Assembly (NCBI GenBank): GCA_043762325.1
Contig: JAYUMU010000175.1
Coordinates: forward strand, 37,083-101,082
Direction of reading: 5' to 3'
DNA length: 64,000 nt
Source: Herminiimonas sp.
GTDB lineage: Bacteria; Pseudomonadota; Gammaproteobacteria; Burkholderiales; Burkholderiaceae_D
This document shows positions 1-8,195 of the stretch, piece by piece; positions within the stretch are counted from its first letter, which is position 1; every line of letters starts with the position of its first letter. The notes below the pieces were generated by a model. It was not told where the DNA came from, did not search any database, and saw only the letters and a program-made list of their open reading frames with translations. A program made the position numbers and the translations under genes.

Positions 1-311
1 TTGGCATTCTTCGACAGCGGATGGGATTCCAGCGACACCCGGTCGACCACCGCCTCGATTGCCGAATTGATCAGCTCGACGATCAGCACCAGCACGAACA
101 CGCCGATGAGCAGCAGCTTGTGCGCCGGCGGCAGCGGCAAGACCAGCGCCACGACGGACGCCACCGCAAACAGCAGCAATTCCTGGCGAAATGCATGCTC
201 GCTGCGCCAGGCCGAACGCAACCCCGCCATCGAATAGCCGCAGGCGTTGATGATGCGCGAAAAGCCGCTCTTGCTCTTGAATTGACTGATCTGTGGCCGT
301 GGATCGTTCAT
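1..311 (-). CDS. dgkA: Diacylglycerol kinase (N-terminal part; C-terminus lies beyond the left edge)
   Basis: Own translation of the reverse strand from ATG (complement 309-311): MNDPRPQISQFKSKSGFSRIINACGYSMAGLRSAWRSEHAFRQELLLFAVASVVALVLPLPPAHKLLLIGVFVLVLIVELINSAIEAVVDRVSLESHPLSKNA. AFRQE and ELINSAIEAVVDR are prokaryotic DgkA signatures. It is not in the ORF track because it runs off the window edge. Confidence 0.8.
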   Translation of the reverse strand, partial: MNDPRPQISQFKSKSGFSRIINACGYSMAGLRSAWRSEHAFRQELLLFAVASVVALVLPLPPAHKLLLIGVFVLVLIVELINSAIEAVVDRVSLESHPLSKNA

Positions 312-450
312 GCGCTGCAAGCCCCTGCAAAAAAATGGATGGAAAGATTCGCTACGTAGCGGCGCAGCACGCGGTCCGGCCAGTCACCGCCCGGTAAAAA
401 GCCTTTTCGCATTATGGTATAACTACCGCTCTTGCTGTCACAAATCGCTT

Positions 451-1257
451 ATGAAAACCGCATCCCCGACCGACGCCGACAAAACCTCGATCCAGGTCAT
501 CGAGCGCATGATGTCGCTGCTCGATGCCCTGGCCGCGCATCCCGATCCGGTCAGCCTGAAGGACCTGTCGCGCATCACCGGCCTGCATCCGTCGACCGCC
601 CACCGTATTCTCAACGACATGGTGCTAAAGCGCCTGGTGGACCGCTCCGAGCCGGGTGCCTACCGGCTCGGCATGCGCCTGCTCGAGTTGGGCAACATCG
701 TCAAGAGCCGCCTGAACGTGCGCGAAGCCGCGCTCGACTTCATGCGCGGGCTGCACCGCAAGACGCACCAGACCATCAACCTGTCGGTGCGCCAGAGCGA
801 CGAGATCGTCTACATCGACCGCGCCTTCTCGGAGCGCTCCGGCATGCAGGTGGTGCGGGCAATCGGCGGCCGCGCGCCCCTGCACCTGACCTCGACCGGC
901 AAGCTGTTTCTGTCGGTCGACGATCCGAAAGCCGTGCGCGCCTATGCGACGCGCACCGGACTTGCCGGCCACAACAAGAATTCGATCACCGACCTGGGCA
1001 AGCTGGAGCGCGACCTGAGCCTGGTGCGGGCACGCGGCTATGCGCGCGACAACGAAGAGCTGGAACTGGGCGTGCGCTGCATGGCCGCCGGCATTCGCGA
1101 CGACGCCGGCAGGCTCATTGCCGGCCTGTCGATTTCAGCACCGGCGGACCGGCTGCAGGAAGAATGGCTGGAGGATCTGGTGGAAACCGCCGACCGGATT
1201 TCGGCGGTGCTGGGCTACACGGCGGAAGAAAATGCCGGCCCGGGCGACGCAATCTAG
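451..1257 (+). CDS. IclR-family transcriptional regulator
   Basis: ORF 310..1257, with the start placed at ATG 451 (MKTASPTD...). N-terminal winged HTH (SLKDLSRITGLHPSTAHRILNDMV) plus a C-terminal IclR effector domain (ELELGVRCMAAGIRDDAGRLIAGLSISAP). Divergent from dgkA. Confidence 0.9.
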   Translation: MKTASPTDADKTSIQVIERMMSLLDALAAHPDPVSLKDLSRITGLHPSTAHRILNDMVLKRLVDRSEPGAYRLGMRLLELGNIVKSRLNVREAALDFMRGLHRKTHQTINLSVRQSDEIVYIDRAFSERSGMQVVRAIGGRAPLHLTSTGKLFLSVDDPKAVRAYATRTGLAGHNKNSITDLGKLERDLSLVRARGYARDNEELELGVRCMAAGIRDDAGRLIAGLSISAPADRLQEEWLEDLVETADRISAVLGYTAEENAGPGDAI

Positions 1258-1418
1258 AGCAGATTTCGAAATGGCCTACGCGCGCTATGCACCGATTCGT
1301 ACCACATTGCGGCGTTGCAGCGCGCTGGTGTAGCCCGCTACACGGCGCTCCCTGCGCCTTGCACTGCGGCCCGAATCGCTACGCATCTCGCATCCACCAT
1401 TTCGAATTCTGCTCTAGA
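1253..1418. repeat. 166-bp imperfect palindromic element with 22-bp terminal inverted repeats
   Basis: Left arm tctagagcagatttcgaaatgg (1253-1274) is the reverse complement of right arm ccatttcgaattctgctctaga (1397-1418) with one mismatch. The interior arms are about 60 percent self-complementary by eye. The central hairpin gtgtag-cccg-ctacac (1328-1343) sits exactly at the element midpoint. The left arm contains the IclR stop codon TAG (1255-1257). Confidence 0.6.
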
Positions 1419-1479
1419 GACAACCACATGCCGGGGCCGCCTATGCCGTGCTTGACAGGCTACTGCAGGCCGGAAGGTC

Positions 1480-2610
1480 TTAATTGACCGGTGCGCTCAC
1501 CGTCTGCAGCACCGGCTGTGTCGCACGTGGCTTCAATGCTTCGAGCCACTTGCGGATGCGGCCCGCGTCGGCCAGGCGCGACTGCTTGCCCTTCGAATCG
1601 AGGAACACCATCACGATCGGCCGGCCTTCGATCTTTGCCAGCATCACCAGGCAGCGGCCGGCTTCGTTGATGTAGCCGGTTTTCTGCAGGCCGATCTCCC
1701 AGCCGGGGTTCGCCACCAGGTGGTTCGAATTGGCATATTGCAGCGAGCGCCGGCCGGTGTCGACGATGAACTTGGTGTCGGTCGAATACTGGCGCAGGAT
1801 CGGATGTTCATGCGCGGCCACGACCAGCTTTGCGAGGTCGCGGGCGCTGGCGACATTGTGACTCGACAGGCCGGTCGGCTCGACATAATGCGTGTCGCTC
1901 ATGCCCAGGGCATGCGCCTTCGCATTCATCGCAACGACAAAGGCCGGCAGTCCGCCCGGATAGTTGCGGCCCAGGGCAGAGGCAGCGCGGTTTTCCGAAC
2001 TCATCAGTGCGATGTGCAGCATGGTCGTGCGGGTGAGCTGCGAGCCGACCGACAGGCGCGAGCTGCTGTTCTTTTCATGATCGACGTCGTCGTTGGTGAC
2101 TTCGAGGACTTCGTCCATGTTCTGCTTGGCCTCGACCACGACCAGCGCCGTCATCAGCTTGGTGATCGATGCAATCGGCAGCGCAACGCTGGAATTCTTT
2201 TCGAACAGGACCTGGGAATTCGATTGATCGAGCACCAGTGCGACGCTGGATTTCAGGTCCAGCGGATCGCGGGTGAGATTCAGGCCGGCCTGGTCGCCGG
2301 CGCTGATGACCGGTGGCACCGCTGGAATGACCGGTGCGAAGGCGATGCGCTGGTACGACAAGCGCCGGCGTCCGTGCGAGGTTGTTTCCTGCCGCACCAG
2401 CCGCTCATGCCGGTTGATGCTCAGCGTTGCGCCATGCTTGCCGCGTGCCGCACTGCCCCGGTGATGCGCGCCCGCACGTTTGGACGCGCCGTGCTTTTTT
2501 GCCGCCGCCGCCTTGCCGGCAGCCGTGGCCGCGGTGGCAACCGATGCCGGCACCAGGGTACTGAGCATGAATAGCAGGGAGCAGATTACACCCAGCGCGG
2601 ATCTTGGCAT
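1480..2610 (-). CDS. pbpG: D-alanyl-D-alanine endopeptidase, peptidase S11 (PBP7/PbpG-like)
   Basis: ORF 1480..2625. The second ATG (2608-2610) is preceded by AGGAG at 6 nt and opens a signal peptide (MPRSALGVICSLLFMLSTLVPASVATA). Motifs present: SITK (SxxK), SSEN (SxN), KTGY (KTG). There is no PBP5-type C-terminal domain. A Lys/Ala/His-rich linker follows the signal peptide. Confidence 0.85.
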   Translation of the reverse strand: MPRSALGVICSLLFMLSTLVPASVATAATAAGKAAAAKKHGASKRAGAHHRGSAARGKHGATLSINRHERLVRQETTSHGRRRLSYQRIAFAPVIPAVPPVISAGDQAGLNLTRDPLDLKSSVALVLDQSNSQVLFEKNSSVALPIASITKLMTALVVVEAKQNMDEVLEVTNDDVDHEKNSSSRLSVGSQLTRTTMLHIALMSSENRAASALGRNYPGGLPAFVVAMNAKAHALGMSDTHYVEPTGLSSHNVASARDLAKLVVAAHEHPILRQYSTDTKFIVDTGRRSLQYANSNHLVANPGWEIGLQKTGYINEAGRCLVMLAKIEGRPIVMVFLDSKGKQSRLADAGRIRKWLEALKPRATQPVLQTVSAPVN

Positions 2611-2732
2611 CGACAACTCCTGCATACATGCAAAAAAATAGCTTGTAGTGTAGCAAAGTGGCGAGATATCGCAAGAGAATTAAGGCTTTACGACATTCTA
2701 TTCATTAGCTTTCGAGCATTGAAAAGCCTGTT

Positions 2733-3800
2733 TCAAAGCGCCTCGCCGATCGCGCGCGCTAGGTCCATGGTGCCGGCGGTGCCGCCCATGTCGCGCGTGA
2801 ACGGCGCATGCGCACTGCCGGCGGCCAGCACTTTTTCGATTGCGGTCACCACTGCTGCGCCCGCTTCCGGATAGCCCAGGTGCTCCAGCATCATGGCGCC
2901 GCACCAGATCTGGCCGATCGGATTTGCCACGCCGCGCCCGGCGATATCCGGCGCCGAACCATGCACCGGTTCGAACAGGGACGGAAACAGCCGCTCCGGA
3001 TTGATGTTGGCCGACGGAGCGATCGCAATCGTGCCGGTGCAGGCAGGACCGAGGTCAGACAGGATGTCGCCGAACAGGTTCGACGCCACCACGACGTCGA
3101 ACCAGTCCGGATGCAGCACGAACTGGGCGCAGAGGATATCGATATGGTACTTGTCCCACTTCACGTCCGGATAGGCCGCGCCCATGGCGGCAACGCGCTC
3201 GTCCCAATACGGCATGGTGATCGAAATGCCATTCGACTTGGTGGCCGAGGTCAGATGCTTTTTCGGGCGGCGCTGCGCCAGGTCGAAGGCATACTTCAGG
3301 ATGCGGTCAGTGCCGTTGCGCGAAAAGACGCTTTGCTGGAACACCACTTCACGCGCGGTGCCCTCGTACATGCGCCCGCCGATCGAGGAATATTCGCCCT
3401 CGGTGTTTTCGCGCACCACGTAGAAATCGATGTCGCCGGGCTTGCGGTTTGCCAGCGGCGATGGAATCCCGGGCATCAGGCGGCACGGGCGCAGGTTGAC
3501 GTACTGGTCGAAGTCGCGCCGGAACTTGATGAGCGAACCCCACAGCGAGATATGGTCGGGCACCGTGCCGGGCCAGCCGACGGCGCCGAAAAAGATGGCC
3601 GCATGCGCGCCGATCTGCTCCTTCCAGTCGTCCGGCATCATCTGCCCGTGCCGCGCGAAATAGTCGCAGGAAGCGAAATCGAACACGCCCCATTTCAGCG
3701 CGATGCCGAACCTGCGGGCCGCTGCGTCGATGACGTGCATGCCTGCGGGTACGGTTTCCTTGCCGATGCCGTCGCCGGCCAATACTGCGATCTGCTGCAT
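2733..3800 (-). CDS. Tartrate dehydrogenase/decarboxylase-like enzyme (isocitrate/isopropylmalate dehydrogenase family)
   Basis: ORF 2733..3977, with the start placed at ATG 3798-3800 (MQQIAVLAGDGIGKE). Family motifs present: GDGIG, VNLRPCR, RENTEGEYS, NLFGDILSDLG, GSAPDIAG. The subfamily call (tartrate/D-malate dehydrogenase) is from memory of the family. Confidence 0.8.
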   Translation of the reverse strand: MQQIAVLAGDGIGKETVPAGMHVIDAAARRFGIALKWGVFDFASCDYFARHGQMMPDDWKEQIGAHAAIFFGAVGWPGTVPDHISLWGSLIKFRRDFDQYVNLRPCRLMPGIPSPLANRKPGDIDFYVVRENTEGEYSSIGGRMYEGTAREVVFQQSVFSRNGTDRILKYAFDLAQRRPKKHLTSATKSNGISITMPYWDERVAAMGAAYPDVKWDKYHIDILCAQFVLHPDWFDVVVASNLFGDILSDLGPACTGTIAIAPSANINPERLFPSLFEPVHGSAPDIAGRGVANPIGQIWCGAMMLEHLGYPEAGAAVVTAIEKVLAAGSAHAPFTRDMGGTAGTMDLARAIGEAL

Positions 3801-3973
3801 TGCTGCTCCTTGGATTCTGGTTTGTCGGGGATGCGGTTTTGCTACGGGTGCTGCTCTATCATGGCAGCCGGCTTCCAGCGCTGCGCCTTCGAACCAGAGG
3901 CAGATCGTGTTTTTGCCGACCACGTCATTCTCTCGTGCTGGTGAGGCGCCTGAAACCTTGAGTAACCGCCGAA

Positions 3974-5149
3974 TCATGGCGGCATGCGCGCGAGCTGCTG
4001 CAGGATCGCGAAGGCAGCCTTGATGCGGGCGGGAATCGGATAATTTTTGTTAGCCAATATTACGATGCCGATTTTCTTATCCGGCACGAAGAGCACGTAA
4101 CTGCCGAACCCGCCGGTCGAGCCGGTCTTGTCGAACAGGGTCGGTTGCTGCGGCAAGCCCAGTGCGCTCACCTGCCTGACCGGATTGGCGTCCATGATCA
4201 GGGCTTCGGAATTACCTTCAAGCAAATGCTCGAGTGTCACCGGGAATGGATATTGTTCCCATCCTAACCCTTGCGTCATTACCCCGACGTCGAAATAGCC
4301 AACATGCGTCGCCTCGATCGCACGCCGCATCGGCATGGGCAATTGCGCTGGCTCGATGTTTTGCCGTACGAAGCCAATCATGTCAGCGGCGCTCGATTTG
4401 ACACCATACGCTTCGGTATCGAAGACACCGGGATTGACCCGTATTGCCTTGTTGCGCCTGTCGTAGCCCCATGCATGGTTGACCAGATCGCTGGGTGGAA
4501 CGTGAACATGCGTGTGCTGCAAGCCAAGCTGCGGGAAAAGCGTGTTTTCCAGAGCGCCGGCAAAGTCGCTCTGCATCGCAAGCCCGGTTATGAATCCGAA
4601 CAGGCCGATGCTGGGATTGGAATAGCGGCGCGCCGTGCCGGGCGAAACCTCCGGATGCCAGCTTTTGAAGTAAGCCATCATCTGCTTCATGTCCTGGATT
4701 TTCTCAGGCACCTGCAGTGGCAGTCCGCCTGCAGTGTAGGTTCCGAGATTGAGCAGGCTGGCCTTGTCGAGCGCACTGCCTTTCAGCTGCGGCAGATACT
4801 TGCCGGGATGTTCATGCAAGGACAACAGTCCTTGTCCCTGGGCATAGGCGGCCAGGGTTGCCGTGAACGTTTTGCTGACCGAACCAAGCTCGAAAATCGT
4901 GTTCTCGCTGACCGCCGTATGCGTCTCCCGCGATGCGACACCGTAGTTGAAAAAATAGGCATGTTGATTGACCGTTACGGCGATGGCCATGCCGGGCACA
5001 TCGTGTTCGGTCATGACCGGCCGTATTGCTGCGTCGACGGTGGCGCGAAGTATCGCAGCATCGTCGATGGCAGAGTGGGCGAAGCAAGGGATGCAGAAAA
5101 ATACAAGGGCAACTGCTGCGAGACTGTGGAGCCTTGGTCTTGTGATCAT
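3974..5149 (-). CDS. ampC: Class C (AmpC-type) beta-lactamase
   Basis: ORF 3974..5287, with the start placed at ATG 5147-5149 so that a signal peptide is N-terminal (MITRPRLHSLAAVALVFFCIPCFAHS). Motifs present: FELGSVSKTF (SxxK), RRYSNPSIGLFG (YxN), KTGSTGGFGSYVLFVPDKKIGIVILANKNYP (KTG block, near-identical to enterobacterial and Pseudomonas AmpC). Confidence 0.85.
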   Translation of the reverse strand: MITRPRLHSLAAVALVFFCIPCFAHSAIDDAAILRATVDAAIRPVMTEHDVPGMAIAVTVNQHAYFFNYGVASRETHTAVSENTIFELGSVSKTFTATLAAYAQGQGLLSLHEHPGKYLPQLKGSALDKASLLNLGTYTAGGLPLQVPEKIQDMKQMMAYFKSWHPEVSPGTARRYSNPSIGLFGFITGLAMQSDFAGALENTLFPQLGLQHTHVHVPPSDLVNHAWGYDRRNKAIRVNPGVFDTEAYGVKSSAADMIGFVRQNIEPAQLPMPMRRAIEATHVGYFDVGVMTQGLGWEQYPFPVTLEHLLEGNSEALIMDANPVRQVSALGLPQQPTLFDKTGSTGGFGSYVLFVPDKKIGIVILANKNYPIPARIKAAFAILQQLARMPP

Positions 5150-5410
5150 GCTAGTTTTTATTTTCCAGGCATTAAAAAATCTTACCGACGCCTTCAAGAA
5201 TGCGGTCGACGGTAAAGATCGACCGACCGGCGCGCCGAAAAATCCGTGGTCGCGCGCATGCTGCGCCCATTTCCAGATTGACGCCACGGTGCCGGCAACA
5301 GCATCGCGTGAAAAAGCGAATTGTCGGAGCGGTCTTTTGGTTGCATACTTTGGCAGCCTTGAAAAACAGACAAGCCAGAATCGGACGACACGATAGCAGG
5401 AGACCTTGCA

Positions 5411-6064
5411 ATGACATCCCTTTACTCACCCCGGCACCGCGCACTGCAAGAAGAATTCGAAACGACCAGGCTGGCAGAGCTGCTGGACAACGGCCTTGTG
5501 CACGAAAAAATCTCGGCGCAGGAAGCAGCATTCATTTCCAGTCGCGACATGTTTTTCCTCTCCACGGTCGACCCGCAGGGCAGCCCGACCGTGTCCTACA
5601 AGGGCGGACCGATCGGCCTGGTCAGAGTGCTGGATGCGTCCACGCTGGCATTCCCTGGATACGATGGCAACGGCATGTTCTACTCCGTCGGCAATATCGA
5701 CGCCCAGGGCAAGGTCGGCATGCTGTTCATCGATTTCGAGACGCCCAATCGGCTGCGCGTTCAGGGCAATGCCAGGCTCGTGCGCGACCATCCGCTGATG
5801 GCGGACTATCCCGAATCCAGGTATCTGATCCTGGTCGACGTGACCAAGATCTGGCCCAATTGCCCGCGCTATATTCACAAACACAAACGACTGGAAACAT
5901 CAAGGTATGTACCGGCGGCAGGTGAGGTCACGCCGATGCCTGCATGGAAGCGTCTGGATTTCGTACAGGACGTGATCACGCCTGCCGAGAGCGCTGCGGC
6001 CCGGCAGGAGGGACTGGTCGATATGGCGCAATACGAGGAAACGGTTCGGCGGGGCGAAGGTTAG
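5411..6064 (+). CDS. Pyridoxamine 5'-phosphate oxidase-like FMN-binding protein
   Basis: ORF 5411..6064, preceded by AGGAG. The segment FFLSTVDPQGSPTVSYKGGPIGLVRVLD...GNGMFYSVGNI...LFIDFETPNRLRVQGNA is typical of the split-barrel PNPOx-like family. The specific function is unknown. Confidence 0.7.
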   Translation: MTSLYSPRHRALQEEFETTRLAELLDNGLVHEKISAQEAAFISSRDMFFLSTVDPQGSPTVSYKGGPIGLVRVLDASTLAFPGYDGNGMFYSVGNIDAQGKVGMLFIDFETPNRLRVQGNARLVRDHPLMADYPESRYLILVDVTKIWPNCPRYIHKHKRLETSRYVPAAGEVTPMPAWKRLDFVQDVITPAESAAARQEGLVDMAQYEETVRRGEG

Positions 6065-6100
6065 GCAACCCGCATCAGCACAGGGATTGCAAACACTTTT

Positions 6101-6799
6101 CTAATCGGACAAAAACTTTACAAACCCGGCCAGCGGCTCGCGCTCGGTGACCAGCGAATTCTCGATGCGGCCCATGTCGGCAAACCCGAGCGCCATGCCG
6201 CACACCACCTGTTCGTTGGCCGGAATCTCCAGCACTTCGCCGATGATCCGGTGGAACTGGTTGAACGCCGCCTGCGGGCAGGTGTCGAGACCCCGGCCAC
6301 GGGCGGCAATCATGACGTTCTGCAGGAACATGCCGTAGTCGAGCCACGAACCTTTTTCAAGACTGCGGTCGATGGTGAAGATCAACCCGACCGGTGCATC
6401 GAAAAAAACATAGTTGCGCGCATGTTGCGCCTGCATGCCGGCCTTGTTCTCGCGCTCCAGACCCAGCAATGCGTACAAATCCCAGCCGACCTTGCGGCGA
6501 CGGTCGATGTAGGGCGAGGCCCACTGCACCGGGTAGTAATGGTATTCCGCCGCATGCTCCTTGACACGCGCCGGATCAAGATAGGTCTCGATGATTGCAG
6601 CGGCCAGGCGGTCGCGCCGGGCACCGGTACAGACATAGACTTTCCACGGCTGGGTATTGGTGCCCGAAGGCGCCCGGGCAGCGACTTCGAGCAACGCCTC
6701 GATGTCGGCGCGCGGCACCGGCGTGGGCAGGAAAGCGCGGATCGAACGGCGCGAGACGATTGCCTCGTCTACGATGCGCGAGGTGGTGGTATCGGTCAT
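6101..6799 (-). CDS. Nitroreductase-family flavoprotein
   Basis: ORF 6101..7084, with the start placed at ATG 6797-6799 (MTDTTTSRIVDEAIVSRRSIRAF...APSGTNTQPWKVYV). This ATG overlaps the upstream stop (ATGA). The 5' extension of the ORF is Arg/Pro/Ala-rich and lies inside the upstream gene. Confidence 0.85.
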   Translation of the reverse strand: MTDTTTSRIVDEAIVSRRSIRAFLPTPVPRADIEALLEVAARAPSGTNTQPWKVYVCTGARRDRLAAAIIETYLDPARVKEHAAEYHYYPVQWASPYIDRRRKVGWDLYALLGLERENKAGMQAQHARNYVFFDAPVGLIFTIDRSLEKGSWLDYGMFLQNVMIAARGRGLDTCPQAAFNQFHRIIGEVLEIPANEQVVCGMALGFADMGRIENSLVTEREPLAGFVKFLSD

Positions 6800-7290
6800 G
6801 TTGATGGCTCTCCGGTGGACAGCGGGATTGATCTGGAATGCGGCGCGGCATCCGCACTGTTCATCAGCGAGGCCAGCAGCAGGCGCAGCGGCGCGGGAAT
6901 CGGCGTCGGTTGCCGGCTGACGCGGTCGACGCAGACATGCACGAAATGCCCCTGCGCCGACGGCGTGGTGGCGTCGCCCTGGAAGATGCCGATCTCGTAG
7001 CGCACGCTCGAATTGCCCAGGCTGGTCACGCGCAGGCCGGCGGTAACGGCGTCGGGAAAAGCCACGGCTGAAAAAAAAGTGCAACCGGTTTCGATGACCA
7101 GGCAGATCACCGCGCCCTGCGCAATGTCGAGCTGGCCGTTTCGAATCAGGAAGGCGTTGACGATGGTGTCGAACCAGTTGTAATAGACGACATTGTTGAC
7201 ATGGCCGTAGGCGTCGTTGTCGCTCCAGCGCGTCGTGATCGGATGGAAGTGCACATAGCCGTCGCGGGCAACCGGCGTGACGCGGCTCAT
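6796..7290 (-). CDS. Acyl-CoA thioesterase, hotdog fold (YbgC/4HBT-like)
   Basis: C-terminal 164 aa of ORF 6796..8352, starting at ATG 7288-7290 (MSRVTPVARDGYVHFHPITTRWSDNDAYGHVNNVVYYNWFD). DxxGHVNNxxY is the 4HBT-type thioesterase signature. The start overlaps the EamA stop (ATGA). Confidence 0.8.
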   Translation of the reverse strand: MSRVTPVARDGYVHFHPITTRWSDNDAYGHVNNVVYYNWFDTIVNAFLIRNGQLDIAQGAVICLVIETGCTFFSAVAFPDAVTAGLRVTSLGNSSVRYEIGIFQGDATTPSAQGHFVHVCVDRVSRQPTPIPAPLRLLLASLMNSADAAPHSRSIPLSTGEPST

Positions 7291-8195
7291 TTCTTCACCA
7301 CGAAGGCAACGCCGACGACTGCCAGCAGCATGCCGGCAATTCCCGTGAGACTGAAGACTTCGCCGAACATCGCCCAGGCCATGAAGGCAGTCGTTGGCGG
7401 CGTCAGGTACAGAAGGCTGGTGACGCTGGTGGCGGCGCTTTTTCGGATCAGCGCAAAGAGCAGGAACACGGCGCCGATCGACAGCACGAAGATGGCCCAC
7501 AGCAGCGCGCCGATGAAGCGCGGCGTCCAGTGCACGTGCGACAGCGCCAGATCCATGCCGTCGAACCAGATTGCCAGCGGCAGCAGGACGATGGTCGAGG
7601 CGATGTACTGGATCAGGGTGCCGCTGCGCAGGTCGAAATGGGCGCAGCGGTGCTTCTGGTAGAGCGTGCCGGTGGTGATCGTGAGCAGGCCGAAGAGCGC
7701 CAGCCCGATGCTGGCCCAGGACAGGCCGATCAGGCTGATCTTGTTCGACACCACCAGCGCCACGCCGCCCAGGCCGAACAGCAGACCGATCCACTGGCGC
7801 GGCCGGACCTTTTCGCCGATCAGCGGCGCGGCAAAGGCGGTGAGCACCGGCTGCATGCCGACGATCAGCGCAGCCAGGCCGGCCGGCATGCCGAGCCGGA
7901 TCGCGCACCAGACGCCGCCCACATAGCCCGCATGGACCAGCACGCCGGAGATCGCAATGTCGGCGACGCGACCGCTCGGCCACGGCGCGCGCGCCAGCAG
8001 CACCAGCGGCAGCAGCGCCAGCGAGACACCGCCGAAGCGCAGCACCAGGAAGGTCAGCGGCGGCGCGTACGGCAAGCCGAATTTTGCGACGATGAAGCCG
8101 GTGCTCCAGAGGATCACGAAAACCACCGGCATGATGGCAACCCAGCGGCTGGCAGACATGGCAGCGCCGGAATTCAGGGGTGAAACAGAAGTCAT
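7287..8195 (-). CDS. EamA/DMT-superfamily transporter
   Basis: ORF 7287..8195, 302 aa, with about 10 hydrophobic helices and two EamA-like halves (VILWSTGFIVAKFGL...; SVTSLLYLTPPTTAFMAWAMFGE). An alternative start is at M13. The start overlaps the HDAC-like stop (ATGA at 8192-8195). Confidence 0.85.
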   Translation of the reverse strand: MTSVSPLNSGAAMSASRWVAIMPVVFVILWSTGFIVAKFGLPYAPPLTFLVLRFGGVSLALLPLVLLARAPWPSGRVADIAISGVLVHAGYVGGVWCAIRLGMPAGLAALIVGMQPVLTAFAAPLIGEKVRPRQWIGLLFGLGGVALVVSNKISLIGLSWASIGLALFGLLTITTGTLYQKHRCAHFDLRSGTLIQYIASTIVLLPLAIWFDGMDLALSHVHWTPRFIGALLWAIFVLSIGAVFLLFALIRKSAATSVTSLLYLTPPTTAFMAWAMFGEVFSLTGIAGMLLAVVGVAFVVKK

